49,970 nucleotides of DNA from Longimicrobium sp. (lineage in GTDB: Bacteria > Gemmatimonadota > Gemmatimonadetes > Longimicrobiales > Longimicrobiaceae), in contig DASQZE010000232.1 of the NCBI GenBank assembly GCA_035638875.1, positions 1 through 49,970 of the forward strand. The letters are read 5' to 3'. The notes below the pieces were generated by a model. It searched no databases. It was not told the DNA's origin and worked only from the letters and a program-made list of their open reading frames with translations. Both the position numbers and the translations under genes were made by a program. Below, piece after piece: positions 1 to 10,273 of the stretch (position 1 is the stretch's first letter; each line of letters starts with the position of its first letter).

Positions 1-1562
1 TAGCGCGCCACGACGTCCACGCCGCGCGTGTTCTCGCGCAGGATGCGCGCAACGGTCCGCAGCACCTCGTCGCCCACGGCGTGCGAGAAGCGGTCGTTGA
101 CGTCCTTGAAGTGGTCGATGTCCGCCATGGCCACCGTCATCGCGCGGCCGAAGCGCAGGGCGCGTTCCCACTCCGCGGCCAGCAGCGTGTCCAGGTGGCG
201 GCGGTTGAACAGCCCCGTGAGGGCATCCTCGCGCGTCTGGCGCTCCAACTCCGCCGCCTGCTCGCGAAGGCGCGCCACGAGGAGCGCCTTTTCCTCGTCC
301 GCCTGGCGCAGCCGCCCGTACGCGGCCGTGAGCTCGTCGTTCTTCTGGCGCAGGATCTCCGCCTCGCGCTGCGCCTGCTGCACCTCCGCCCGCACCAGCA
401 CGCTCTTGATGCGCGCGTTGGTCTCCGCGTTGAAGACGTCGCGCCAGGCGGCGTGAAAGGCGCGGTAGTGCTCCAGCGCCCGGCCCAGGTCGCCCCGGGC
501 CTCGTACACCTCCGTGAGCGCCTCGTGGGCCGCGTACACCTGCGGCCGCGCGCCCAGCTCCAGCGCGGCGTGCAGGTCCGCCAGCCCCGCGTCGTGCTCT
601 CCCGTGTGCACGCGGAGGGCGCCCAGGCGGATGAGCGTCTCCGCCTCCAACATCCGTGCGCCCAGCGCCCGCGTCGTCGCCAGGCTCGCCAGGTAGCACG
701 ACAGTGCGCGCGCCACGTCGCCCCGGCGCTCGTGCACGCGGCCGATGTCGCGCAGGCAGGTGGCCTCGGCGTCGCGGGCGCCCGTTTCGCGCAGGCGCAC
801 GGCCGCGCGGTCCATGTACTCCAGCGCCCGGTCGTCGTCGCCCAGGTCCGCGTAGGCGCTCCCCACGTTCAGCAGGGAGATGGCGGCGGCCTGCGGATCC
901 GCCCCTTCCTTGATGGCCAGCGCCTGCAGCATGTACTCCAGGGCACGGTGCGACTCGCCCAGCTGCCCATGGATGTTGCCGATGTTGTTCAGGCAGTACG
1001 CCACGCCCACCCGGTCGCCGATCTCCTCGCGCAGCTTGAGGCTGGCCTGGTAGTAGTCCAGCGCCTGCCCGTAGTCGCCCAGGTGGTAGCTGACGTTGCC
1101 CAGCGCGTTGAGCGACAGGCCCTCGCCCAGCCGGTCGCCCGCCGCGCGCTGCATCTCCAGGGCGCGCAGCTGGCAGCGCATGGCCTCCGGGTACTCGCCC
1201 CGCTTCCAGTGCACGTTGCCGATGCCGTTCAGCACGTCCGCCCGGCCGCGCGGGTCGCCGGAGCGCTCCAGCAACGCGAGGGCGCGCCGCAGGTCGTGCA
1301 GCGCGCCCTCGTAGTCGGCGCGGGCGAGATATCGGTGGTGCCCCAGCATCCGCAGGGCCAGCGCGATGCCGGCCGTGTATCCCTCCGCCTCCGCCAGCCC
1401 CAGCGCCTCCTCCGCCAGCGACGCGGCCCGCGGCGCGTCCAGGGCGCGGATCTCCCAGGCGCGCGCGTTGAGCGCATCCACCCGCGCGCGCGGCGGCAGG
1501 TCGCCCGCCAGTGCGGGAACGGGGATGGGATCGAGTGCGTCCAACGGGGCGTTCGTGGCCAT
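1..1562 (-). CDS. TPR-repeat diguanylate cyclase (GGDEF), 3' end runs off the window
   Basis: Absent from the ORF track because its stop is outside the window. Hand translation from ATG 1562 gives TPR-like repeats, then DALTGLFNRR, MADIDHFKDVNDRFSHAVGDEVL and DVVARY at the window edge, just before the expected GG(D/E)EF. Confidence 0.9.
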   Translation of the reverse strand, partial: MATNAPLDALDPIPVPALAGDLPPRARVDALNARAWEIRALDAPRAASLAEEALGLAEAEGYTAGIALALRMLGHHRYLARADYEGALHDLRRALALLERSGDPRGRADVLNGIGNVHWKRGEYPEAMRCQLRALEMQRAAGDRLGEGLSLNALGNVSYHLGDYGQALDYYQASLKLREEIGDRVGVAYCLNNIGNIHGQLGESHRALEYMLQALAIKEGADPQAAAISLLNVGSAYADLGDDDRALEYMDRAAVRLRETGARDAEATCLRDIGRVHERRGDVARALSCYLASLATTRALGARMLEAETLIRLGALRVHTGEHDAGLADLHAALELGARPQVYAAHEALTEVYEARGDLGRALEHYRAFHAAWRDVFNAETNARIKSVLVRAEVQQAQREAEILRQKNDELTAAYGRLRQADEEKALLVARLREQAAELERQTREDALTGLFNRRHLDTLLAAEWERALRFGRAMTVAMADIDHFKDVNDRFSHAVGDEVLRTVARILRENTRGVDVVAR

Positions 1563-1705
1563 CGCCGCCGGTAAACTGGGAAGATGAAGGGGCGGATGCA
1601 CATCCGCCGAACGATCAATCGTGCTCACCCGCCGCGTACGCTCACCGCGCTTCGCCGACGGCGAAACCCGCCGACGCCGCGCACCTCCGAATCACCGCCC
1701 GTGCC

Positions 1706-1855
1706 TGCCCGTGCAGGCGGACTTCGCGAATTTCCAGCGGCGAATCATTCGCTCCTAGACCGGCTGCATGCCTGCCTCATCCCGAGGCACTCGCCCGTGC
1801 CGGATAGTCCGCGCAGGCGGACTTCGCGAATTTCCAGCGGCGAATTCATTCGCTC
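1706..1855 (+). repeat. Two tandem copies of the REP-like family A repeat (1706-1754, 1806-1855)
   Basis: GCAGGCGGACTTCGCGAATTTCCAGCGGCGAAT occurs twice; same family as copies at 27472, 43985, 46126, 46228, 49291, 49396 and 49555. Confidence 0.85.
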
Positions 1856-2230
1856 CGGACGGGTGGCCGCGCGTCCGCCGGGATCCGATCGACCCATCTG
1901 CTTCGTCGGTCCCGCACAACTGCCTGGATTCCACCGCCGCGGACCGATCCCGCACAACGGCTCCAAACCCATCGTTCCGGACGGGCGACCGCACATCGGA
2001 TTCGATCCCCTCCTGCGGATTCGCCTCCGAACGGGTGGCCGTGCATCCGCCTTGATCCTGATGCGATTCGATCCGGAACGATGGCCGCACATCCGCCTGG
2101 ATGCCATCGCCCGAATCTGCTCCGCCGGGTGGATGCGCATCCGCCTGCATCCTGACGGGATTCGCTCCGGACGGATGGCCGCGGCTGCCGCCGAACGGAT
2201 TACGCGTACGGCCTTCGCTCCGGATTCAGT
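1849..2230 (+). repeat. Degenerate ~47-bp tandem repeat array
   Basis: Recurrent unit resembling TTCGCTCCGGACGG(G/A)TGGCCGC..ATCCGCC near 1849, 1975, 2020, 2067, 2117, 2161 and 2214. Confidence 0.65.
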
Positions 2231-2277
2231 ATCCCAATCAACGGCCGCGACGCATCCAGGCGATCGCGGAATCCGTC

Positions 2278-3150
2278 CTACTCCGGCCCCGCCGCGTCCT
2301 CCGCCTCGGCGGCGCCGGCGGCTTCCTGCGCGATGCGGTAGGCGTCGTTGCGCGAGATGCCCATCCGCCGGCGCAGTTCCTTGGCGACGGCGCTGGCGGA
2401 CTGCCCCTGCCCCAGCAGCGCCTGGGCGATGGAGTGGGCCGCGAGCGCATCCACCTCTTCCTCGCGCTCCGCGTCCTCGGGGCGGCCAGCGACGACCACC
2501 ACCACCTCGCCCAGCACCTCCGCGTCCTCGTAGCGCTCCACGCCCTCCGCCAGCGTGCCGCGCCAGAACTCCTCGTGCATCTTGGTGAGCTCGCGGGCCA
2601 CGCACACCCGCCGCTCCCCGCCCGCGGCCTCCGCCAGGTCGCGCAGCAGCTTGCCGACGCGGTTGGGCGACTCGTACAGGACCACGGCGCGCGGCGAGGC
2701 GGCGATCTCCTCCATCATGTCCGCCCGCGAGCCGCCCTTGCGGGGGGGAAAGCCCAGAAAGGTGAACGTCCCCGCGTCAATCCCCGACGCCACCAGCGCC
2801 GCCAGCAGGGCCGACGCGCCCGGGATGGGGACCACCGCGAACCCCGCCGCCACCACGTCGCGGACGATGCGTGCGCCGGGGTCGGAAAGGAGCGGCGTTC
2901 CCGCGTCGGTGACCATGGCCACGTCGCGCCCCTCGCGCAGGATCTCCACCACCGTCCCCGCGCGCGACGCCTGGTTGTGCTCGTGGGCAGAAAGCAGGCG
3001 CGCCTTCACGTCCAGCAGCTTGAGCATGATCCCCGTGCGGCGCGTGTCCTCCGCCAGGACGACGTCCGCCGCGTTCAGCACCTCGATGGCGCGGCGGCTG
3101 ATGTCGCCCAGGTTGCCGATGGGCGTGCTGACGATGTAGAGGGAAGCCAC
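2278..3150 (-). CDS. rsmI: 16S rRNA (cytidine1402-2'-O)-methyltransferase
   Basis: LYIVSTPIGNLGDIS, AEDTRRT, DAGTPLLSDPG, YESPNR and RELTKMHEE motifs. Confidence 0.96.
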   Translation of the reverse strand: MASLYIVSTPIGNLGDISRRAIEVLNAADVVLAEDTRRTGIMLKLLDVKARLLSAHEHNQASRAGTVVEILREGRDVAMVTDAGTPLLSDPGARIVRDVVAAGFAVVPIPGASALLAALVASGIDAGTFTFLGFPPRKGGSRADMMEEIAASPRAVVLYESPNRVGKLLRDLAEAAGGERRVCVARELTKMHEEFWRGTLAEGVERYEDAEVLGEVVVVVAGRPEDAEREEEVDALAAHSIAQALLGQGQSASAVAKELRRRMGISRNDAYRIAQEAAGAAEAEDAAGPE

Positions 3151-3153
3151 GCG

Positions 3154-4131
3154 TCAGATCGCCACGGTCCACGGGAGCCGCGCGAAAAAGCCGTGCTCCT
3201 GCAGCACGAACCGGCTGTCGCGTCCCACCTTTTCCACCACGGCCGCGGGGTCCACGCCGTGGTGGTCCGCCGCGGCGATGAGCACCTCCGTGATCCACCG
3301 CGCCACCCCGTCCGTCAGCTCGTCCGGCGAGGCCACGGGGTCGCCCGCCACCCGCCCCTCGGGGGTGATGTCGAACGAGGCGACCACGGGGTGCTCCAGC
3401 GCCGCCAGCCCCTGCCCCCGCTGCACGATGGCCAGCGCCGTCTCGCGTCCCGTTGCCAGCGCCACCTCGCGCAGCGTGCCGCCGATCATCCGGCGGTACA
3501 GGTCCACGAAGCCGGGGCCGGCCTGGATGGGAAGCTCGTCCAGGAGGTCGTACAGCGACGCATTGAGCCCGGCGCCCAGCGTAAAGAGGGTGCGCAGGAA
3601 CTCGGGGATGGGGACGGACTCGTCACGCTCGGAGAACCACCCCGTGCGAAAGCCGCCGTCCTGGAACGCCAGGTAGTGCTTGCGCCCGCCGTCGCACAGC
3701 TCCAGCACGCCCGTGAACGCGCGCTCGCGCAGCACGGGGAACAGCCGCTCCGGCGCGGCCGCGTCCAGCTCCTGCGTGAGCGGCAGCGCCTCGTTCACCA
3801 GCGTGCTGAGCATCATGCGCAGCTGCTCCTCCGACGCGCCGAAGTAGCCGATCTGCCCGCCCTCGCCCCGCTCGCTTTCCGTGGAGGCCAGGCGCAGCAC
3901 TTCGCTGAGCGCCGCGGGCCCGCGCCCGCCGGGCGTCATGCGCGCGGCGTAGAACGGGTCCCCCTGGCGCATGAAGATCAGGAAGCAGCGCTCGCCCAGC
4001 TGCACGGCCACGAAGCCGTGGACGCGCGCCTGGCGGTCGCGCTTTCCGTCGCTGAGAATGCCGGGAAGGTTTACGTACGCCAGCTTGGTGCGCGGGAGGT
4101 ACGCCGCGTCGCAGGGAAAGCGGTAGATCAT
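3154..4131 (-). CDS. Hypothetical protein with two PATAN/DUF4388-like segments
   Basis: Probable start ATG 4131 (MIYRFP). Contains LRERAFTGVLELCDGGRKHYLAFQDG and a similar earlier segment, VHGFVAVQLGERCFLIFMRQG. Confidence 0.7.
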   Translation of the reverse strand: MIYRFPCDAAYLPRTKLAYVNLPGILSDGKRDRQARVHGFVAVQLGERCFLIFMRQGDPFYAARMTPGGRGPAALSEVLRLASTESERGEGGQIGYFGASEEQLRMMLSTLVNEALPLTQELDAAAPERLFPVLRERAFTGVLELCDGGRKHYLAFQDGGFRTGWFSERDESVPIPEFLRTLFTLGAGLNASLYDLLDELPIQAGPGFVDLYRRMIGGTLREVALATGRETALAIVQRGQGLAALEHPVVASFDITPEGRVAGDPVASPDELTDGVARWITEVLIAAADHHGVDPAAVVEKVGRDSRFVLQEHGFFARLPWTVAI

Positions 4132-4343
4132 TGTCTGGGGCGGGACGGGCGAAGAGGTGTGGCCTGAACGCATGCGGCGAACCTCGTCCCGGGAGTCACG
4201 TTCCGTGCCCGGGTGCAAGCCGGTGCGCCAAAATCACTTGCGAATGCACAGAGAGCGCGGCGCACCGCAATCCGCAACCGGCGGGGCAGAATGCGAGCGC
4301 GGACCGGGCGCGCGTGTTGCGCCCCGGCCCGCGCTCCGGTGCA

Positions 4344-4679
4344 TCAGGCCGCCAGCAGCTCCTGGATCTTGCGGTCCAGGGCCTGCTTGGGCACGGCGCC
4401 CACGACCGTGTCCACCACCTTGCCGTCCTTGAAGAACAGCACGGTGGGGATGGAGCGCACGCCGAACTGCGCGGCGGTCTGCTGGTTGGTGTCCACGTCC
4501 AGCTTGCCCACGGTCACGCGGCCGCTGTACTCGTCCGCGATCGCCTCCACGAAGGGGGCGATGATGCGGCAGGGGCCGCACCACGCCGCCCAGAAATCGA
4601 CCATGGAAAGGCCGTTGTTGTCCGCGATCTCCGACTGGAAGTTGCCGTCGGTGATGGTCTTGATGTTGTCTCCCGCCAT
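4344..4679 (-). CDS. trxA: Thioredoxin
   Basis: DFWAAWCGPC active site, VRSIPT motif, 111 aa. Confidence 0.97.
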   Translation of the reverse strand: MAGDNIKTITDGNFQSEIADNNGLSMVDFWAAWCGPCRIIAPFVEAIADEYSGRVTVGKLDVDTNQQTAAQFGVRSIPTVLFFKDGKVVDTVVGAVPKQALDRKIQELLAA

Positions 4680-4810
4680 GTGTCCCTTCCCCCGTTCTGT
4701 GCCCCGTCGCCGGGACCCTGTGCGGTAGCCGCGCCCGGCGCGCCGGGCTATCGTGTTCGCGGCTTACTCAAGATGTTCCGATCCATCCACACGACCCCGC
4801 AGGGAGGCCG

Positions 4811-5218
4811 ATGACCGAGCACGCGCTGGACCACGTGGGCATTGCGGTGCACTCGCTGGACGAATCGCTTCCCCTGTTCGAATCTATCACGGGGCACAAG
4901 GGGCATGGCCGCGAGCGGGTGGATTCGCAGGGTGTCGAGGTGGTGTTCCTCGGCACCGGCGAAGGCCGGCTGGAGCTGCTGGCCCCCACCCGCGACGACT
5001 CGGCCGTGGCCAAATACCTCGCGAAGCGCGGGCCCGGAATGCACCATCTGTGCTACCGCGTCGCCAGCATCGCCGACGAGCTGGACCGATACCGTGCGGA
5101 GGGCCGCCGGCTCATCGACGAGGCCCCGCGCGCCGGCGCCGCCGGGCACCTCGTGGCGTTCGTGCATCCGCGATCCACGGGCGGGGTGCTGGTGGAGCTG
5201 CTGCAGGCGGGGCACTGA
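4811..5218 (+). CDS. mce: Methylmalonyl-CoA epimerase (VOC fold)
   Basis: LDHVGIAV, LELLAP, GPGMHHLCYRV and FVHPRSTGGVLVEL motifs; GGAGG RBS. Confidence 0.92.
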   Translation: MTEHALDHVGIAVHSLDESLPLFESITGHKGHGRERVDSQGVEVVFLGTGEGRLELLAPTRDDSAVAKYLAKRGPGMHHLCYRVASIADELDRYRAEGRRLIDEAPRAGAAGHLVAFVHPRSTGGVLVELLQAGH

Positions 5219-5224
5219 GGAAAG

Positions 5225-5308
5225 CAGGGAATAGGGAAGTAGGGAATAGGGAATAGCCAGCAACGGCACGGACCGCAGTTGCCGGCTATTCCCTATTCCC
5301 TATCCCTG
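5225..5308. repeat. Inverted (GGGAATA)n/(TATTCCC)n element between convergent genes; may also act as terminator
   Basis: Four GGGAATA-like units, a short spacer, then TATTCCC units; related to the elements at 40761 and 42041. Confidence 0.85.
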
Positions 5309-5312
5309 CCGT

Positions 5313-5783
5313 TCAGCCCCTTCGCTGCCCCCCGGTCGCCGCCTCGATGTCCACCACCTCCACCAGCCAGCGCCCGCCGGGGCCCTGCACTACCGTAAAG
5401 GGCACGTCCACCGTGCGGCGGCCCTGGCGCAGCTGCACGGTCACCAGGCGCGCCTCGGGGCGGCCGTTGACGGGCCCCACGCCGGTCATCGCGAAGCTCT
5501 CGTGGCGCAGCACCGTCGCCAGCGCCTGCATGCGGCGGCTCACGCGCGCGGGGTCCTGCTGCTCGGCCAGCGGCCCGCGCGCGGTGCCGAAGACGTAGCC
5601 CATCTCCGTGTAGCGCTGCTGCTGCGCCAGGCCGATGAACTGCTCCACGGCCGCCGCCGGCTGGGTCGCGCCCACCACGCCGCTGGGGGCGGGCGACCCG
5701 CCCGTCCTGCCGCCCCCGCCTCCGCACGCCGCGGTTGCGAGGGTGAGCACGAGCGCGACTACGGGGAGATTCCTGCGATGCAC
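5313..5783 (-). CDS. Putative lipoprotein
   Basis: GTG start at 5783 after GGAGG; signal peptide ending in lipobox TAAC. The longer track ORF is an upstream extension. Confidence 0.75.
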   Translation of the reverse strand: MHRRNLPVVALVLTLATAACGGGGGRTGGSPAPSGVVGATQPAAAVEQFIGLAQQQRYTEMGYVFGTARGPLAEQQDPARVSRRMQALATVLRHESFAMTGVGPVNGRPEARLVTVQLRQGRRTVDVPFTVVQGPGGRWLVEVVDIEAATGGQRRG

Positions 5784-6073
5784 GGGACCTCCGAAATGTT
5801 TTCTGATGGGGAAAGATGCACGATTGCCTGGTAGTGTAACGGCCCCGGCGGCGGGGGGAAAGTGCGGAACGACGATGCGCACTTTCCGCAAAACGTGAAT
5901 GCGCAAAGAGATCGTCGGATCAGGAGAGGGTGCCCGGTCGCCCATCCCGGGATCCCGGGCAGGGACACCACGTCCTTTTCGCCGATCCGAAGTATCCGCA
6001 TCCGCATGCTTCCGCTGAAACGCTCCGCGACCCGCTGGCGTGAGGGACGGGGCCGGGCGAGAAGCCGCGCCGC

Positions 6074-6511
6074 TCAGCGGTTGCGGAAACCCATGGAGAT
6101 CGGCCGGTACTCCAGGGCACCTTCTTCGCGCTCGCGCCAAACGAAGGTGACGGACCACTCCGCGTAGATGTCCGCCTCCCACGACATCGCGACGGTCACC
6201 CGCTCGTCCCGAGCATCGCACTCCACGTGGTTGAAGTACGCCTCGCCGTGCATCCAGTGCCGCTCGGCGTCCACGATGCGGGCCAGGTACTCCGCGGCCT
6301 TCTGCTTGATCCCGTCCAGCTCCTCCATCACCTGCATCGCCATCGCGTAGGATTCCGGATGCGGCTTCCACGCGTCGTCGTCCTCGAACAGGACGTCGAT
6401 GTCCGGGATCGTGAGCGTAAAGTCCGCGCCGGCGGGATTCACGGACCACGGCCGTCCGTACGTCGGCCCGTTCGTCTTGCGGAAGTCTTCGAGCGCGGGG
6501 AGTTGCATCAT
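6074..6511 (-). CDS. Hypothetical acidic protein (immunity-protein-like, inferred)
   Basis: 145-aa protein-like ORF; aligns end to end with the adjacent pseudogene at 6564-6997. Confidence 0.75.
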   Translation of the reverse strand: MMQLPALEDFRKTNGPTYGRPWSVNPAGADFTLTIPDIDVLFEDDDAWKPHPESYAMAMQVMEELDGIKQKAAEYLARIVDAERHWMHGEAYFNHVECDARDERVTVAMSWEADIYAEWSVTFVWREREEGALEYRPISMGFRNR

Positions 6512-6563
6512 TGCAAGCCGGTGAGAAAGAGGTGGAGCACGGGAGCCAGGCCAGCGGGATGGG

Positions 6564-6997
6564 TCATCGTCCCCAGAACGCCATCCCTACCGCGATCCGG
6601 TTGTCGGGGAGTTGTGCGTGGTTCATCCGCCAGGAGAACGTCACGGAAAAGGTGCAGTAGAACTCGTTGGTCCACTCCAGTTCCACGACCAACCTTCTGC
6701 GTGTTCGCATTGCAGTGGATGCCGATCACGAACGGCTCGCCTTACATCCGCAGCGCGTCGAAGTTCACGATCCGCTGGAGACCCTCCTCCTTCAGCGCGT
6801 CAGCCTCGGGTTGCCACGGCGAGCGCCATCCGGTACGACGGCTCATGCGGCCGCGCGTCCCATCCGCCGTCCTCCCACACGGGCTCGCTGTCCGGGAGCA
6901 TGAGCGTAAGGCTGGCGCCCTCCGGATCGGCATCCCACGTAGTGCCGTACCGGCCCGCCGTGTCCTGCCGGAACTTCTCGATCGGGGGAATGTGCAT
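6564..6997 (-). pseudogene. Disrupted tandem paralog of 6074-6511
   Basis: MHIPPIEKFR...PHEPSYRMALAV, frameshift, EADALKEEGLQRIVNFDALRM*GEPFVIGIHCNANTQKV, frameshift, VVELEWTNEFYCTFSVTFSWR...GMAFWGR*. Confidence 0.8.
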
Positions 6998-7111
6998 GGC
7001 GGGATGAAAGAATGAGGGCAATGGGAAGAGGAAGCCGAGTGCAGGCACGGAGCGGGAGCCCGCACTGCCCGGCCCCCCGCCCCGCCGAACGAAAACCCGT
7101 CGACGTATATA

Positions 7112-7175
7112 CCTTCTCCCACGCAGTTTGTGGGAGACGGTGGACGAGCCTGAGCGAGGCCGGGTGAGGGCCCCC
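7112..7175 (+). repeat. Family B (DUF559-associated) repeat, diverged solo copy
   Basis: TCTCCCAC-loop-GTGGGAGA hairpin followed by GGTG..CGAGCCTGAGCGAG..GGTGAGGGC, matching 31801-31861. Confidence 0.65.
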
Positions 7176-7271
7176 GGCCCCCGGCCCCGACCCGCCGCGA
7201 TCCCATCCGCGACGCGCGCCGTTGCTGGCTGTCCCCTGTAACCTGTCCCCTGTAACCCGCAGTTCCGTCCC

Positions 7272-9881
7272 TTACGCCGCCCCCGACCGGAACGCCAGCC
7301 CCGCGCCGCCCGGATCCCGGTCCACGACCACCGTATCCCCATCCGCGAACTCACCCTCCAGCACGTGCAGCGCCAGCGGGTTCTGCACCAGGCGCTGGAT
7401 GGCGCGCTTGAGCGGGCGCGCGCCGTACGCGGGATCGTACCCCTCCTCCGCGATCAGCTCCTTGGCCGCCTCCGTCACCCGCAGCCCCAGCTTGCGGTCC
7501 GCCAGCAGCTTCTCCAGCCGCCGCAGCTGCAGGTCCACGATGGTCTTGAGCTCCGGCCGGCCCAGGGGACGGAAGACGACCGTGTCGTCCACGCGGTTCA
7601 GGAACTCCGGGCGAAAGTGGCGGCGCAGCTCCGCCAGCACGGCGTTCTCCACCACCACCGCCGTCGTCCGGTCCGCCAGCTCCGCCGAGCGCTCCAGGAT
7701 CAGCGGGCTGCCGATGTTGCTGGTCATGATGATGACCGTGTTGCGAAAGTTCACCGTCCGCCCCTGGCTGTCCGTCGCCCGCCCGTCGTCCAGGATCTGC
7801 AGCAGGATGTTGAACACGTCCGGGTGCGCCTTCTCGATCTCGTCGAACAGCACCACGCTGTACGGTCGCCGGCGCACGGCCTCCGTCAGCTGGCCGCCCT
7901 CCTCGTAGCCCACGTACCCCGGGGGCGCGCCGACGAGGCGGCTGACGGCGTGCTTCTCCATGTACTCCGACATGTCGATGCGCACCATGGCCTCCTCGTC
8001 GTCGAAGAGGAACTCCGCCAGGGCACGCGCCGTCTCCGTTTTGCCCACGCCCGTGGGGCCCAGGAAGATGAAGCTGCCGATGGGCCGGTTGGGGTCCTGC
8101 AGCCCCGCGCGGCTGCGGCGCACGGCGTTGGCGACGGCCTCCGTGGCCTCCGTCTGCCCGATGACGCGCTCGTTGAGGTGCTTGTCCAGCCGCGCCAGCC
8201 GCTCGCGCTCGCTCTGCACCATCCGCGTCACGGGAATGCCCGTCCACCGCGCCACCACCTCCGCGATGTCGTCCACGTCCACCTCTTCCTTCAGAAAGCG
8301 GGACGTCTTCTGCAGCTCCGCCAAGCGCCCCTCGTCGCGCTCGATCTCCTTCTGCAGCTGGGGGATGGTGCCGTACTGCAGCTCGGCCGCCGTGTTCAGG
8401 TCGCCCGTGCGGCTGGCGCGGTCCAGCTCCACCTTGAGCTCGTCCAGGCGCTCCTTCTTTTCGCGCATCACCTGGATGGCGGCCTTTTCCGCCTGCCACT
8501 GCGCCTTCATCCCCGACGAGCGCTCGCGCAGCCCCGCCAGCTCCTGCTCCAGCCGCTGCAGCCGGTCGCGCGACTCCGCGTCGCTCTCGCGGCCCAGCGC
8601 CTGCCGCTCGATCTCCAGCTGCACGATGCGGCGCTCCACCTCGTCGATCTCCAGCGGCAGCGAGTCGATCTCGATGCGCAGCCGGCTGGCGGCCTCGTCG
8701 ATCAGGTCGATGGCCTTGTCCGGAAGGAAGCGGTCGCCGATGTAGCGGTTCGAGAGCGTCGCGGCGGCCACGATGGCCGGGTCCGTGATGCGCACGCCGT
8801 GGTGCACCTCGTAGCGCTCCTTCAGGCCGCGCAGGATGGCGATGGTGTCTTCCACGCTGGGCTCGCCCACGAACACGGGCTGAAAGCGCCGCTCCAGGGC
8901 CGCGTCCTTCTCGATGTACTGGCGATACTCGTCCAGCGTGGTGGCGCCCACCAGCCGCAGGTCGCCGCGGGCCAGCGCCGGCTTGAGCATGTTGCCCGCG
9001 TCGGGCGATCCCTCCGTCTTGCCCGCGCCCACGATGGTGTGCAGCTCGTCCAGAAAGACGATGAACTTGCCGTCCGAGTCTGACAATTCCTTGAGCACGG
9101 CCTTCAGGCGCTCCTCGAACTCGCCGCGGTACTTGGCGCCGGCCAGCATGGCGCTGATGTCCAGCGAGACGAGCGTCTTGTCGCGCAGCCCCTCGGGCAC
9201 GTCGCCGTTGATGATGCGCTGCGCCAGCCCCTCGGCGATGGCCGTCTTGCCCACGCCGGGCTCGCCGATGAGCACGGGGTTGTTCTTGGTGCGGCGGCTG
9301 AGCACCTGCACCACGCGGCGGATCTCCTCGTCGCGGCCGATGACCGGGTCCAGCTTGCCCCGCCGCGCGCGCTCGGTGAGATCGACGGAGAAGCGCTGCA
9401 GGGCCTGGTACTTCTCCTCCGGGTTCTGGTCCGTGACGCGGTGCGAGCCGCGCACCTGCTCCAGCGCCTGGGCGAGCGCCTCGCGGCCGGCGCCCTGCGC
9501 GCGCAGCAGGTCGCGCACGGCAAAACCCTTGTCCGCCAGGGCCAGCAGCAGGTGCTCCGTGCTGATGTACTCGTCCTTCAGGTCGCGCGCTTCCTTCTCC
9601 GCGCGGTCCAGCACCTCGTTCAGCTCGCGCGAGAGCGTGGCCTGGGCCCCGCCCGACTGCTTGGGCAGCCGCGCGCGCGCCGCCTCTACCTCCGTGCGCA
9701 GGCGGGTGGCGTTCACGCCCACCTTCTGCAGAATGGGGACGACGATCCCCTCCTCCTGCTCCAGCAGGGCGCCGATGAGGTGCAGGTCCTCCACGGTGGG
9801 GTTTCCTGCCCGCCGCGCCTCGTTCGCGGCGGACTGGATGGCCTCTGCCGATTTGACAGTAAGTCGATCGAAGCTGATCAT
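7272..9881 (-). CDS. clpB: ATP-dependent chaperone ClpB
   Basis: Two AAA+ domains ([16 protein letters not shown]) and a coiled-coil M domain; likely start MISFDRLT at 9881. Confidence 0.97.
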   Translation of the reverse strand: MISFDRLTVKSAEAIQSAANEARRAGNPTVEDLHLIGALLEQEEGIVVPILQKVGVNATRLRTEVEAARARLPKQSGGAQATLSRELNEVLDRAEKEARDLKDEYISTEHLLLALADKGFAVRDLLRAQGAGREALAQALEQVRGSHRVTDQNPEEKYQALQRFSVDLTERARRGKLDPVIGRDEEIRRVVQVLSRRTKNNPVLIGEPGVGKTAIAEGLAQRIINGDVPEGLRDKTLVSLDISAMLAGAKYRGEFEERLKAVLKELSDSDGKFIVFLDELHTIVGAGKTEGSPDAGNMLKPALARGDLRLVGATTLDEYRQYIEKDAALERRFQPVFVGEPSVEDTIAILRGLKERYEVHHGVRITDPAIVAAATLSNRYIGDRFLPDKAIDLIDEAASRLRIEIDSLPLEIDEVERRIVQLEIERQALGRESDAESRDRLQRLEQELAGLRERSSGMKAQWQAEKAAIQVMREKKERLDELKVELDRASRTGDLNTAAELQYGTIPQLQKEIERDEGRLAELQKTSRFLKEEVDVDDIAEVVARWTGIPVTRMVQSERERLARLDKHLNERVIGQTEATEAVANAVRRSRAGLQDPNRPIGSFIFLGPTGVGKTETARALAEFLFDDEEAMVRIDMSEYMEKHAVSRLVGAPPGYVGYEEGGQLTEAVRRRPYSVVLFDEIEKAHPDVFNILLQILDDGRATDSQGRTVNFRNTVIIMTSNIGSPLILERSAELADRTTAVVVENAVLAELRRHFRPEFLNRVDDTVVFRPLGRPELKTIVDLQLRRLEKLLADRKLGLRVTEAAKELIAEEGYDPAYGARPLKRAIQRLVQNPLALHVLEGEFADGDTVVVDRDPGGAGLAFRSGAA

Positions 9882-10081
9882 GGCGATTCGTAAATTCAGG
9901 AATTTCAGTCGTTGCCCAATCGCCAGCAGCGACGCCATGCAATCCCCGTTTTGCTTCTCCGGTGATCCTGCCGACGTGCCTCGCCGCAGCGTTGCTGTCT
10001 TGATGGAAAACAACATCCGTGCCTTTCTCCACCTGCCATCCCGTCAGAATGGAATCCAGGGCGGCGAAGGCACCTGGGAAT

Positions 10082-10110
10082 TTGCATTGCACACAAATGC
10101 GTCCTAATAT
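10082..10110 (+). promoter_or_regulatory. Putative sigma70 promoter for the Cys-rich peptide genes
   Basis: TTGCAT-N17-TAATAT in an AT-rich patch. Confidence 0.5.
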
Positions 10111-10273
10111 GTATTACTTCAATTTCCTGCTCCGTATCGTCCATACATCTATTTTTCAGCGTTTTTTCAGGACGTGAGCGGATGCACACGCAGCCCTTTC
10201 GTGTTCCTGTGCGGCGCGATTGGAACGGACGATGTCGGCGGCGGGGCATGATCCACCCGGACCGGGAGGACGG

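Noticed and set aside
1849-2230. Possible CRISPR array
   Set aside because: Units are degenerate and contiguous, with no identical repeats separated by unique spacers, and no cas genes are present.
81-2605. Long ORFs at 81-1574 (+), 1584-2588 (+) and 1745-2605 (-)
   Set aside because: Shadow frames of the GGDEF and rsmI genes or translations of repeats; Arg/Pro/Ala-rich with no motifs. The same applies to most long overlapping ORFs in this high-GC window.
9882-10100. CIRCE or sigma54 sites upstream of clpB
   Set aside because: No TTAGCACTC-N9-GAGTGCTAA, and the GGCAC...TTGC near 10069 has the wrong spacing.
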